From: Octopus bimaculoides
Lineage: Eukaryota
Assembly: GCF_001194135.2 (NCBI RefSeq)
Contig: NC_069005.1
Location: forward strand, 22,512,656-22,576,655
Direction: 5' to 3'
Length of the DNA: 64,000 nt
Part shown: in pieces, positions 11,905 through 25,067 of the stretch
Layout of the letters: every line of letters begins with the position of its first letter
Numbering within the stretch: the stretch's first letter is position 1
Made by a program: the position numbers and the translations under genes
Notes under the pieces: model-generated
Seen by the model: only the letters and a program-made list of their open reading frames with translations
Database searches by the model: none
What the model was told of the DNA's origin: nothing

Positions 11905-12125
11905 AGATGGAACTAGTAACTTCTTTTATCTTTTGCTAAGGATATTCCTTGATCCTTCAACAATGAAACTGTGAACTGCTATTATCTTTTACTAAGGATT
12001 TCCTTAATTCTCTGATCATAAAAGTGCTAACCACTATTATCTTTCACTAAGTATGTTCTTTGATGAACTGGTAACTACTAATACCCTTTATTAAAGATAT
12101 TCCTTAATTCTTTCTCTCTAAAGAC
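11905..12125. repeat. Degenerate minisatellite, about 4 units of about 55 bp
   Basis: Recurring GTAACT(A/G)CTATTATCTTTTACTAAGGAT(A)TTCCTT(A/G)AT motif. Confidence 0.6.
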
Positions 12126-12999
12126 GACATAGTTGGCTTACATGGAAATCTTTGCTCAATGACATATGATCCACATGCTCAGCTATTCTAGAAACAACTG
12201 AAGAAACTTTACATATTATTTCTCAATCCCTTATTTACTCTCACAATTCTGCAATTATGTTTGAATTATAAATTACACTCTAAATTGATACCACATGTTT
12301 TACTTGTTCATCTCTCTTTCTAATATATATCTATCAGCTCAATGTTGAACTGAACCACTTTTAACAAATCCTTGATAGGCAGCTTCAACAATACCTTTCT
12401 TTCAGTTGTTCAAGCTGGAGTTTCAGTGACAAACCAATCTGAGCACTTATAGTACATACCTATAACATTATGTCATTAGATGAAGTTTTCTTAAATATAT
12501 ATACATGTATGTATATATAAATATATATATATATAATTAATAGTTTAAAGAAAATGGAGAATATACATAGAATAATAATTTTTTAAATCAAAGTGCAGTC
12601 AATAAGTTCTTACATTTTTTTGCCTACATTACATTTAGGTCAATTGCTATTGTCCATATTTGCATCTTTAAAGTGCATTATGATGTTATAAAACAATGGC
12701 ATCTTATGGGCATATTTGACTGCTATTTTTTCCACTTCTCTCAAATGGGTATATATATCTTTGTATGTACATATGTACATATGTATGTATGTATGTATGT
12801 ATGTATGCATACATACATGCATGTATATGTATGCATATATAAACTGGCACTCCATCGCTTATGACACAGAAGGTTCCAGTTGATCCGATCAGTGGAACAG
12901 CTTGCTCATGAGATTAATATGCAAGTGGCTAAGCACATACTTCTCAGGAAGATTCAGCGTGACACAGAGTGTGACAAGGCTGGCCCTTTGAAATACAGT

Positions 13000-15060
13000 A
13001 TCTTCTGGAGTTTGGATAGCAATCAGATATTTTTGCATCATCAGCATAACTTGTTAGTTTGGATGAGTGCACTTGTGATAGGTTGATGATAAATCATAAT
13101 AGTCCTAGAACCGTTTCCTGAGGCATACCACTTATTACAGGTGACTTTGCAGAGAGAAAACCATTTCCAGCAACAGATTGGCTCCTACCATGTAGGAAGT
13201 CAAGAGTTATTCTCTGAGTTTTCCTGTGATACCAAAATCTTTTAACTTATGACAGATGATTCCATGAACAATCTTGTCAAACGCCTTAACAAAATCAAAG
13301 TATATACAGTCAGTGTCCTTTCCTCTCAAGAAATTATTAAGAATAGTGTTATGGTGCTGTAATAGTTGTGAAAGGCAACTTCGTCCAGTTCAAAAACCAT
13401 CCTGTATGTCATCTACGAGGTTGTTTTCCACAAGGTATGTAAGAATTCTATTTCGGACAATGCATTTGATAAAATTTGAGACATGTGAGAGAAACAGGTC
13501 TGTAATTTTTAGCTTCAGCCCTGCTACCCTCCATTGTGTACAGGTGTTACTATTGTGTCTTTCAATAGTTCTGTGAATTTGCTGGAATCTAGTGACTTCT
13601 GAAATAGTATCTTAAATGATTTCACAAGGCTATTTTTGTACATTTTTAGCAGTATGGCTTGGAGACCATCTGGTCCAGATGCTGAGTTTGAATCTAGGTC
13701 ATTAGCTGTAAGTATATCATCTTCCATTGTATCATTAATTTTTAGATGTGTCTCTGCAGTTGGGTTCTGAGGATCAAAGAATTCATTTGGTTCATATATT
13801 ATTTTGTTAGCTATAGGTTGGGAAAATGCAATGTCACAATATCAACTTAAGAATGTGAATATTTGTGATGAATAATTTGTATATGATCCATTTTGATCCA
13901 TTAGAGAGTCAATCTGGTTATGTGTAGCTGATTTTGTTTCGCAAAATGGAAAAAGAACATAGAAATAGATTTTATATTTTACACTGCTCGTTGTTCCCTT
14001 AGCGCAGTTTCTTTTTCATGAGATAGTTTTAGGTCCAGTTAGATGTTCTTTTTTTTTTTTTTCTCAAGTTTGGTTTTTGAGAGGTTTTGTTGGTTTGGTT
14101 TTGTTACACATTAGTATCTGTCTGTATCACAAAATCAAGTGCTTGCAGGAATGGGTATGTTTATATGGGGCATGCTTTCAACAGATCTTGATTAACTCTT
14201 CATGCAGAAACTTCATTCCCTTGTTAACACTGGGGGTTGCCAATATGCTGAGACCAATTTGTTTTGAGGATTTCAGTTTCAATTTCTTCCCACTTGGCCT
14301 TCCTGAAATTCAAGTTTATGCGAAGTAAGTCATGTTTGATCTTATTTGTGTGTGTGTTGCTCTCTTTGACAATTGTGTAATGCTGTGGGAATAACCTGAA
14401 CATTGTGAATGAAGTCTGTATTGGTGGTAAAAACTAGATCAAGTATGTTATTTCCCGTAGTTGGACTGATAATGATTAGTTGCATGAGGAAGTCTTTAGA
14501 GCTACCGAGAAGAGCATTCATATCTCTCCTGTTCAGTAATTTAATTTCAGGTTGGATATAACCCTCAGACCAGCTGAGACTAGGAAAATTAAAATACCCT
14601 ACTAAAAGTATATTAGCCTGTGGGCTGGGCTCATTTGGGGCTTGACTTATGAGCAACAAAGCATCTTTGAAGTGATCTCCATAGTTAGCTTGCATCAGGA
14701 AGACAGTAGGTAATGCCTATGACCAAATTGAGGTCAATCACATGCATTAATAGTGTGTTGTACACTGTGTTGGAGTGGAAGAGGAGGACATTTGTTGCCA
14801 GGTCTTCTTGGATGAAGAAAGCTATTTCTCTTTTTTTCCATATTCTGTAGTCAGTTCCGAGTAGTATATAACCTGATATATGTACTTCTGCATCCAATAT
14901 GTCTGGGGTCAGGCGCGTTTCACTTAGTGCTACACATATTGTCTTTTCTCACTGTACAAGGTCTCTCTCGCTGTGATATGATACTTCTGCTATTTCCAGT
15001 AAACATTGGTGCTTTGTTGTACCACTACTCTACTTCTACAGGGCTTTATTTTACTGGAAA
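13000..15060 (-). mobile_element. Degenerate CR1/L2-type LINE (APE endonuclease + reverse transcriptase), many stops and frameshifts
   Basis: Minus-strand APE motifs: LSETRL..DAEVHISGY, LVGYFNFP, PTTGNNILDLVFT. Minus-strand RT motifs: SGPDGLQAILLK, FDFVKAFDKIVHG (about 13262-13299), GMPQETVLG (about 13103-13126), YADD (13037-13048). Confidence 0.9.
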
Positions 15061-16508
15061 GTAATACATTTGTATTACAATATTTTAATTTTCATTGAAA
15101 AGACATTCACTGTTCTCGGTCTGTTAATGGCTAAGCGTTCAGGTGAGTATACTGGCATTGATGTAGCACCATTTGAAATATTGTCCAGGTAAATCCAGCT
15201 GATGAAGACTAATCAAATTTACAATGGAAAACGTATTTGAAGAGTCTGAAACCTAGGTCTTTTTTTGCCTGTCCCAATTGTTGTTTCTCTTGTCCACCTT
15301 TGTGTCATCTATCTGTTCGAACGTTTTAATGCCCTCTATTGCGTTTTTGTTCCATTTGTTTCTTTGTTTGTGTGTGTGTGTGTGTGTGTCTCTCTCTCTC
15401 TCCGTCTCCCCACCATTGCCTGACAAACCGATATTGGTGTGTTTACGTTCCCATAACTTGGTTCGGCAAAAGTGACCAATAGAATAAGTACTAGGCTTAC
15501 AAAGAATAAGTCCCTGAGGTCGATTTGTTTGACTAAAGGCAGTACTCCAGCATGGTCGCAGTCAAATAACTGAAACAAGTAAAAAAGTAAAAGAATATTG
15601 AATTTTGCACCCCTACAAAATTTTAGGAGATGCAAGTGCATCCCCTGTTCTTGGACCCTTTCTCACATCACATCAAATGATAAAATGGCACAGAACATAT
15701 ACACAGTGTGTATGAATATATAGAAATAACAGAGGAACATTCCAATCTGCATACACACACTTTCTCTGTGACAGGGAAAACTACAAGCATGTACAGTGGT
15801 GATGATAGCTGTCTATTTTTAACAGTTGGGAACATGTTAACCTACAGCAAGAGGAAAGGTAAAATATCTTCAAATATTTATAGGTAGACTGGATTGATGC
15901 ATATCTCTACAGCTGCCATAACTTCATTACATACAATTATATTTGTACTTAGAATTACTGAAACACAGATCACTAAAATTCTGAAATAGTAACTTTAAAC
16001 AATAACCAATGAATTAACAGGGTGCTTCTACGTGTTTGCTCCACTTGCCAGAAATAGCAACAACCAAATTTCCTCAGTTCATAACCTCCTGCTTTCAAAG
16101 AAAAATACGTTTGATAATGTAATCCTATATAGAACAGATCAATGTAATCACAGCTAGGACCTCTTTGATCAAATATCTGCTGGAAGGTACCGTGCTGCAT
16201 GACACTATGCAACACAACACCGACAAAGGTATAACCAAAGAAGTGTTTACATGATAACTTGACATGCTACAAACAGCTGTCAAATTTCCCTCTCAGACTG
16301 CATCCTACTATCTTTTATAGAAGGAAGATAATAGTTCTAGATACACTATGTCTAATAATAAGAAGAAGAATAACAAGAGCACCCAGAGAGCGCAAACCTC
16401 CGCAAGGCAAAGTCAACCATGGCAGAATTTGAACTCAGCACAGAGCGATGGATGAAATTTCGCCAAGCATTTCGTCCAGCGTGTTAACAACTCTGCCACC
16501 TCACTGCC

Positions 16509-16563
<55 letters not shown>

Positions 16564-17323
16564 CAATAATGAAGGAAGATGAGGAGGAGGGGGGTGGTGG
16601 TGGTGGTGGTGGTGGTGATTCTTTATTGATCACAAAGGGTTTACATCAAGAAAAGAAACATTATGGATGAAAGAAGACATGATGGTCTCCTTAACTGGAA
16701 AACTTTTGATCATGAACATAGGTTCACTCGATCAAAGCTGGCCTGGAATTAAATAACAAGTTTGAAAACCAGGCATTATGGCATTATCAGAAAATGAGAA
16801 AAATAATTACACAATAAAATCAATTTTACACTTGTGAATTAGTAGATATTATGGATGTAAGACTGATTTGTAGTGAAGAACTTCACTTCACAAGCATGTG
16901 GTTCACAGTTCAATCCCACTGCATGGCACCTTGAGCATGGAACTTATGTTGTAAGAAATGCAATAAACAAGTGATTAGTCTGTTAGAAGCCTGAAACCAG
17001 CAACATTATTATTCATAGATTGTAATATAGGAAGAATTACTAGAAGTTCTTCATATTCAATCAGTGGATTTAAAAGTTAAAAAAATAATTTTAAGGATTG
17101 TAAACCCCACCATCTTTGAAGACAATATTCCCCCCCCCCCTTTTCTTTTCTTTTTTACAATATTTACATCTACTATACATTCTAGACAAGAGCAGTATTC
17201 CTTTTTGTTTGGAAATAAACATTTCAAATCTGAATCTAGTCGTGTGCAGTCTATGAATGATATCTAGAACAAGACATTTGATGATGGGCAGAGGACAAAC
17301 AGATCAGAAGAGGTGCACATGTA

Positions 17324-17387
<64 letters not shown>

Positions 17388-17922
17388 GTGGTGACTGTTG
17401 TCAATGTGCTAGTTGAGCATGACCGAACTTCTGAACTAAAATAAGATGTACTGCTTTTTGTCATAGATTCCAAAGATGACGAAGACATACACCAGTATGG
17501 CAACTTTCTTGACACCAGCAGCACACAAATACTGATACATATAGTGGTGGTGGTGATGGTAGTGGTGGTTACAGTTCAGGTACCCTTACTCATAGAACTA
17601 AAATATCTGTAAATAAAAACATTGCTCAACAGGTTTGATGGCAGAGTGTGTCATTTTGAGAAATAAAATAATAATAATAATAATAATAATAATGATAATC
17701 CTTTCTACTGTAGGCACAAGGCCTGAAATTTGGGGTGAGGGGACAAGTTAATTACATCAACCCCAGTGTTTCACTGGTACTTAATTTATCGACCCTGAAA
17801 GGAGGAAAGTCAAAGTCAACGTCAGTGGAACCTGAACTCGGAACATAGCGGCAGGCGAAATACCAATAAGCATTTCACCCGGCATGCTAGTGATTCTGCC
17901 AGCTCACTGTCTTCATAACAAC

Positions 17923-17953
<31 letters not shown>

Positions 17954-18387
17954 TGGCCTTAATAAGTTTCATACAACCCATGGCAGAACATAAAAGAAAA
18001 AAAATAGGTGCTAAAATGAGGAAGCAAAATTAGTTCAGACATGGTTATGTGGCACCTTGGGCAAGTGACTCCTACTNNNNNNNNNNNNNNNNNNNNNNNN
18101 NNNNNNNNNNNNNNNNNNNNNNNNNNNNNNNNNNNNNNNNNNNNNNNNNNNNNNNNNNNNNNNNNNNNNNNNNNNNNNNNNNNNNNNNNNNNNNNNNNNN
18201 NNNNNNNNNNNNNNNNNNNNNNNNNNNNNNNNNNNNNNNNNNNNNNNNNNNNNNNNNNNNNNNNNNNNNNNNNNNNNNNNNNNNNNNNNNNNNNNNNNNN
18301 NNNNNNNNNNNNNNNNNNNNNNNNNNNNNNNNNNNNNNNNNNNNNNNNNNNNNNNNNNNNNNNNNNNNNNNNNNNNNNNNNNNNNNN

Positions 18388-18466
<79 letters not shown>

Positions 18467-18719
18467 TCTATCAGCAAAATGGGCTGATAGAATAAGTACA
18501 AGGCTTACAAAGAATCAGTCTTGAGTTCGCTTTCTTCAACTAAAAAAAAATATGTATATATTTGTGTGTGTCTTTGTGCCTGTGTTGGTCCCCACCACCA
18601 TCGCCTGACAACCAATGTTGGTGTGTTTACATCCCTGTAGCTTAGCTGTTTGGCAAATGAGAGTGATAGGATAAGTACTAGGCTTACAAAGAATCAATCC
18701 TGGGGTCACTTTCTTCGGC

Positions 18720-18766
18720 TTAAGGGACCCCCAAGGGCCATGTGGACCCCAGTTGAGAACTACTGA
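18720..18766 (+). mobile_element. 3' terminal fragment of hAT-like MITE
   Basis: TGGACCCCAGTTGAGAACTACTG matches the right end of the element at 52097-52419. Confidence 0.55.
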
Positions 18767-20046
18767 TCTAACCCATTAATCCATACCAGCATGGAAAAAA
18801 AAAAGAATGGATAGTGCTAATGACGATGGTGATGATGATGATGATGATGACATCCTTCCTGCCTGTCAGTATGCAAATCCTGACAGAGTTATACGAGTGC
18901 TGCTGTGATACACAGCTTGTTGTGAGCATCTAAACCAAGGAGAAGTCATTTACTCTATGTGTCAGATGACAGATGATTTCTTCCAAAGAACATTGGAAGG
19001 TTGGAGATTTATTTACCCAATATTGAAATAGTAACATTATTGATCCCTCCAGAGATGAAGAAAGGCTAACTTGACCTCAGCAGGATTCAAACACAGAGTA
19101 CACACAAACAGCTAGAATGGATACCACAAGACAGTCTAACCTNNNNNNNNNNNNNNNNNNNNNNNNNNNNNNNNNNNNNNNNNNNNNNNNNNNNNNNNNN
19201 NNNNNNNNNNNNNNNNNNNNNNNNNNNNNNNNNNNNNNNNNNNNNNNNNNNNNNNNNNNNNNNNNNNNNNNNNNNNNNNNNNNNNNNNNNNNNNNNNNNN
19301 NNNNNNNNNNNNNNNNNNNNNNNNNNNNNNNNNNNNNNNNNNNNNNNNNNNNNNNNNNNNNNNNNNNNNNNNNNNNNNNNNNNNNNNNNNNNNNNNNNNN
19401 NNNNNNNNNNNNNNNNNNNNNNNNNNNNNNNNNNNNNNNNNNNNNNNNNNNNNNNNNNNNNNNNNNNNNNNNNNNNNNNNNNNNNNNNNNNNNNNNNNNN
19501 NNNNNNNNNNNNNNNNNNNNNNNNNNNNNNNNNNNNNNNNNNNNNNNNNNNNNNNNNNNNNNNNNNNNNNNNNNNNNNNNNNNNNNNNNNNNNNNNNNNN
19601 NNNNNNNNNNNNNNNNNNNNNNNNNNNNNNNTATAATATACATATATATAATAAACATTACACACACACACACACACATATAATGGACATACATCAGTAG
19701 ACATGATAAGAAGCTGGGTGAAAAATGCCAAAATCTGCTAAAATTTCTATATTAACTTTTCCATTTAGCTTTATGGACTGAATCCAGACAAAGTGTGTAT
19801 CAACTACATTGACAATGAAGAACTGCTAATTTACTGTTGTAGTAGCATTAGTAGCGGCAGCAACCAATGGAACTGGTGGAACTAGTAGCTGGCAAGAGAG
19901 AGAGAGTAACTAAGGAAACTGGGGGAAACGTTCAGAGAGAAATCGGTGAAGAGGAACATCCCTCATCAAAATAAATAAAAAATAATAATAATAATAATAC
20001 AGAATATGTATATAACACACGCATATAGGAAGATAAGTAAGCCTTA

Positions 20047-20104
<58 letters not shown>

Positions 20105-20163
20105 AATCTGCTGCTGCTGCTGTCACTCCTCTCTCCACCCTGAAATAGTCTGAAACATCAGTA

Positions 20164-20431
20164 ATGGCTAGAGAGAGAGAAAGAGAGACAGAGAGAGACA
20201 GAGAGACAAACAGAGACAGAGAGACAGAGAGAGACAGAGAGAGACAGAGAAAGAGAGAGAGACAGACAGAGACAGAGAAAGAGAGACAGACAGAGACAGA
20301 GAAAGAGAGAGAGAGAGACAGAGACAGAGAAAGAGAGAGAGACAGACAGAGACAGAGAAAGAGAGAGAGACAGAGACAGAGAAAGAGAGAGAGACAGACA
20401 GAGACAGAGAGACAAACAGAGACAGAGAGAC

Positions 20432-20464
<33 letters not shown>

Positions 20465-20630
20465 CAGAGAAAGAGAGAGAGACAGACAGAAACAGAGAAA
20501 GAGAGACAGACAGAGACAGAGAGACAAACAGAGAGACAGAAAAAAAAAGAAGCAGAGAAAGACAGAGAGAAAGAAAGACAAAGAGAAAAGACAGAAAGAG
20601 AGAGGGAGGGAGAAAAAGGGAGAGAGCACA
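20164..20630. repeat. Compound (GA)n/(GACA)n purine-rich microsatellite
   Basis: Directly visible. It explains the RE/RQ-rich and LS/LC-rich ORFs. Confidence 0.95.
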
Positions 20631-20715
20631 AGAAAACCTTTAACATATGTCCGTTTTTTTCCTTTTTCTTTTTAATGAACTGAAGAAAACAAGAGAGAAG
20701 TAAGAGTGAATGAGT

Positions 20716-20756
<41 letters not shown>

Positions 20757-22879
20757 TGTGTGTAAATTATTTCTCTTGTCTATTCATGTATTGGAATGAT
20801 GAAGAGAAAGCTGGAACACAGGGGAATAACTAAAGCGCAACAGTTAGTAGTAGTAGTAGCAGTGGTGTTGGCGATGGCATTACTAGTGGCAGCAGCAGCA
20901 GCAGCAGTTAGATTTGACTAAAATAAAGTAGTGACAGGTTTGATTATTATTGGCAGAATAGGTAAAGTGATATATGACAGACAACATCCTGCTGCCTTAC
21001 AATAATTTAATGATGTCCCTCTATGTTTCCGAGTTCAAATCTCACCATGGTTAACTTTACTCTCCAAATGTTATACGAGCAATAAAATAAAGTGCTTGTC
21101 ATGTACCAGGATGATTTATGTCAACTGTTTCCTCCCACCAAATGAGTAAACTTGTATCTAAGTCTTTGTAGAATCATTCCAACATCAAACAAAATGCCTT
21201 GCCTTATCTTTTCCAGTTCTTTACATTCTGAGTTCAACCCTTGTCAAAGTCAACTGTGTCTATCATCCCTCAGGTGTCGATAAGATAAAATACCTGTCAA
21301 GAACTAGGCATGATTTAATAAGCTAAACTCTTCCACCTAAACTTCAGACCTTCTGCTTCTGATAGAAAATTATCATTATTACTATTTTACTTCTCAGAGC
21401 TCTTGGTCTCACTTGCTCTTGTTGATTCTGTGAGAGCAGTCAACCTGTTGCCAGAGGTTTCACAGGATCTCTTTCTGCAAATTATAAGCTTTGGTAGTTG
21501 GATGTTAATGTAAGGTGGAAGACAACACCCAAGTACCTATCTCAAAATTATAGATGTCCCCAATAGAGCAGTACTATCATTATCATTATTATTGAAAACA
21601 TCGCACAATATCCAATATTGTGATGTTGTAGATTGAAGATATTGTGTGTACCAGGGATTTGTGCTTTCTGTCAAGTCACAACAAGGACCTTAGAAGGACA
21701 GCACTTTACATAATATGCGTGAATGTGCATACAAACACACATACAAGTGTGTGTGTCAACAATATGATGATTGCCACACTTCTTCAGTTGTCGCACGTCC
21801 AGCACTCATGAAAAAAACCAGTACCACCAGTAACATCATATTGTTGGCACAGAAACTTCTGCAAGTGAGTCTCTATAATTATATCATTCAATAAATATAG
21901 CCCTGTATTTCCAACGATACTGAGGTCTGCCTCACATGCAGTTTGTTGATATATACGCACAAATGCACGTTTGTTGATGCCTGGTGATAGCTTGCATCCT
22001 TAAAAATTACATCTATCCTTTAAGTACCATCAAGAAAAACTTGATCTGCTAGAAAGAGCAGCCAAATCCTTCCATAATCATATACATATACCTGTTGTCA
22101 TAAAAAGAAGACAACAAAGGGCACATTAGATGAGGCTCTCAGTGAACAATATCAGAATATAAGACAAGATGATCATGGATGGAACACATTTAATCATAGG
22201 ATGACTGAATCAGAGTTGACCTGGGGCTAAACAACAACAAGCTTTCCTATACAGGAAACCAAATAACTAATACTGTGGGTATATGTATCTTTTACTTGTT
22301 TCAATCACTGGATGACAGCCATACTGGAATATCACTCTGAAGAGTTTAGTCAAACAAACTGACCCCAGTACTTCTTTTTACATCTAGTATTTATTCTAAT
22401 AACCTCTTTTGCAGAACTGCTAAGTTACAGGGACATAAACAAACTTACACCAGTTATCAAGCAGTGGGGGGAACAAATACACACACACACACACACACAC
22501 AAAGGTCCACCAAACTCACTCCTGAGGGCTATAATAGAAAACACTTGGCCAAAGTGCCACACAGTGGAATTGAACCCAAAACATGGCAAAGTGAGCTTCT
22601 TAACCATACAGCCAAACCTGCAGCTGAAAGATGTAATTCCATGGATCACTAAATAAATGGAGGGAGAACAAAGTGGAATGGCCATCACCCATGTGTGTGA
22701 TGTCCCTTCGTCTGCAATAAACTGTGCCATATTAGGACAAGACAATGACACCAAGAATCAAAACAGTCATTGTTATCACGTCTCTGATGCTCCACCCACC
22801 TCCATCTTTTTATGACATATGAAAGTTCCCTTCAGCAACATCTAATGTCATCTGTTAATTTACTGATATGTTTTTTCCG

Positions 22880-23345
22880 AGTCACAATGTGAGTAAGATT
22901 ATTTCAAGGAATCCAAAGTAGGGTGTTACTAACCAACTCTTCCTTACTTCTTCAGCAATGTCCAGCAAAACAATCTCTTTGTTGCTTGAGGGCGTATGAT
23001 ATTTTGGGAAGCTAGTTGGAGAATATATTTTCTTTTTGTTTGTTTTTGTGGAAGTGTTCTAAGACATACAAAATAGCATGAAGCATGCATGTGTAGATGT
23101 CAACCAGCAAAGTTCCAAGCCTTCTGCTTAGTGTCCAGATTGAAGATCCATAAAGTAACACAAACTCAAACACTGTGCAGAAGCTCTTTTAACTTGCTTA
23201 TCCTTACTTTTACTCCTCTCCTGAAGTTCTTTTATAGATTCTCCAAGAGCTTAGATTTCCATATTACGTGGAGAATTGTAAGAGCTGCCCAGGTCTCACT
23301 GGTACATTGCTTAATATCTGTCTCTGTAAACACTTTATTGATCCT
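22880..23345 (-). mobile_element. Old RTE-clade LINE fragment (RT C-terminal region)
   Basis: Minus-strand translation gives TETDIKQC..TWAALTILHVIWKSKL, VLLYGSSIWTL..DIYTCMLHAIL and LPKISYALKQQRDCFAGHC*RSKEELVSNTLLWIP. This parallels RTE-type motifs W.A..KL..IWKS, VLLYG.E.WTL and RRL.FAGHC.R. Confidence 0.8.
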
Positions 23346-23445
23346 GAGGTAGTGGTGGTGGTGCTACTACTACTACTACTAGTCTATAACACTGGTGGTA
23401 AATCTTTTTAGCCTAGCATGTTAAAATTTAAATTTCTTTAATATC

Positions 23446-23790
23446 ATCATCATCGTTTAATGTCCGCTTTCCATGCTGGCATGGGTTGGACAATTTGACT
23501 GAGGACTGGTGGACCAGGTGGCTACACCAGGCTCCAATCTGATTTGGCAGAGTTTCTACAGCTGGATGCCCTTCCTAACACCAACCACTCCGAGAGTGTA
23601 GTGGATGCTTTTATGTGCCACCGGCACGATGGCCAGTCAGGCGGTACTGGCAATGGCCACGCTCGAAATGGTGTATTTTACGTGCCACCTGCACAAGAGC
23701 TAGTCTAGTGGCACTGGCAATGATCTCGCTCGAATGTCTTTTCACGTGCCACTGGCACAAGTGCCAGGAAGGCGACGTTGGTAACGAACA
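23446..23790 (-). mobile_element. RTE LINE 3' UTR copy with (GAT)n tail
   Basis: Closely matches 57488-58020 in reverse orientation. Similar copy at 34314-34546. Confidence 0.85.
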
Positions 23791-24550
23791 TATATATATG
23801 TAAGTGATGTAATTGAAGTATCACTTACAAGTACACAAGTATTCTCTTGCAGGATTATTGTCTTCTTTATGTGCTGGTTTTTCAAAATTTTCATATCTTT
23901 AAGTGATGTAATTGGAGCATCACTTGTATGTATCCATGTATTTTATTACAGGATGGTTCTTTTCCTTTCCATGCTTGTTTTTCTCCAGGACCACAGTCTG
24001 TCACCCAAAACCCATTGCATATCACTACTAACACATGTCAAAGTTTGGCTCTTACAGTCTTGGAAGGTTGATACTTTTCAGAAGGTGCATATAGGCTTCC
24101 TTTATAATATGCGTGCATGCTTTAAAATATCTATGTGCATGCTTTAGAAGTGTGTGTGGGTATGTGCTTCAGAAAGTGTGTGTGTGCATGTGTGTGTGTG
24201 TGTGTGTATGTGTGTGTGTGTGTGTGCGCGCATGCACATGCATTTGCATACACGTTCTTGTGAATGAATATTTGTGCTTCAGAATGTGGATGGGGAAAGG
24301 GTTAGAATGTGTCAGACTGCTTTAGAATGCATGTATTCTAATGCAATAGTTCATTAATAACAGGGAAAGGGGTTCTAGAATGTATGAGAGACAGGGAGAG
24401 TAGGTACAAGGTATGGGAACAGCTCACCCCACCTTCGACATAAATAAAATAGGTCATGACACATCTCTGTAGAGACAGACACAATAGTGCGTGCGTGTGT
24501 GTATGTGTGTGTGCATGTGCGCACGCACTCTTGTATGATGTAATATAGAA

Positions 24551-24671
24551 CTTTGGAGGGCTTCTGTCTAGATATCAGGTAGATAGAGATGACTAATTGT
24601 AAGTTANNNNNNNNNNTTTGGAGGGCTTCTGTCTAGATATCAGGTAGATAGAGATGACTAATTGTAAGTTA
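24551..24671. other. Assembly artefact: about 55-bp sequence duplicated either side of a 10-N gap
   Basis: TTTGGAGGGCTTCTGTCTAGATATCAGG...GTAAGTTA appears on both sides of the N10 at 24607-24616. Confidence 0.85.
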
Positions 24672-24845
24672 CATATAGTCTATCTAACAGGATACACTAT
24701 ACAGCTAACAAAAGTACACCATACAGCCTAGCTAAATGAGGGCTATGGTGTATAGACAGTAACTGAAAAGCTATAAGCCTATAGATAACTGAGGGTTATG
24801 AGGCATACATCTAGGTAACAATGATATATAAACACACACACACAC

Positions 24846-25067
24846 ACAAGGGGGTGATGAAAAGTGCCTGGTTTTAAGGGTCTAACGAAAGGCCTGGTTA
24901 GAAGCCCAATCTTCCAAGTTTTTTTTTTTTTTACAAGGCTTAGAAAAACTGAAAGACTGCTACAATAAGTGTGTAAATGTGAGAGGAGAATAAATTGTAT
25001 AATATCATAATGATCCACCTGTATTTTCTTTTACCCAAAGCCAGGAACTTTTCAGCGCTCTACCCTC
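24846..25067 (+). mobile_element. Mariner-derived MITE
   Basis: TIRs GGGGTGATGAAAAGTGCCTGG ... CCAGGAACTTTTCAGCGC. The internal remnant reads like the mariner transposase C-terminus (CYNKCVNVRGE). Confidence 0.7.

Noticed and set aside
17959-19731. Long ORFs spanning N-runs (also 25638-26312, 47686-48264, 55334-55604, 57223-57896)
   Set aside because: They stay open only because N codons and dinucleotide repeats lack stops.
19769-19880. Plus-strand exon-like stretch LYGLNPDKVCINYIDNEELLIYCC after a good acceptor
   Set aside because: There is no convincing donor, the frame runs into low-complexity sequence and a stop, and the peptide is not recognised.
20158-20646. RE/RQ-rich 159-aa and LS-rich ORFs
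   Set aside because: These are translations of a GA/GACA microsatellite.
22937-23015. Apparent minus-strand exon FPKYHTPSSNKEIVLLDIAEE with a strong GTAAGG donor
   Set aside because: Another frame of the same bases reads as RTE reverse-transcriptase C-terminus (LPKIS...FAGHC), so it is a LINE fragment.
24551-24671. Tandem duplication
   Set aside because: The copies flank a 10-N gap, which is the signature of an unmerged contig overlap.
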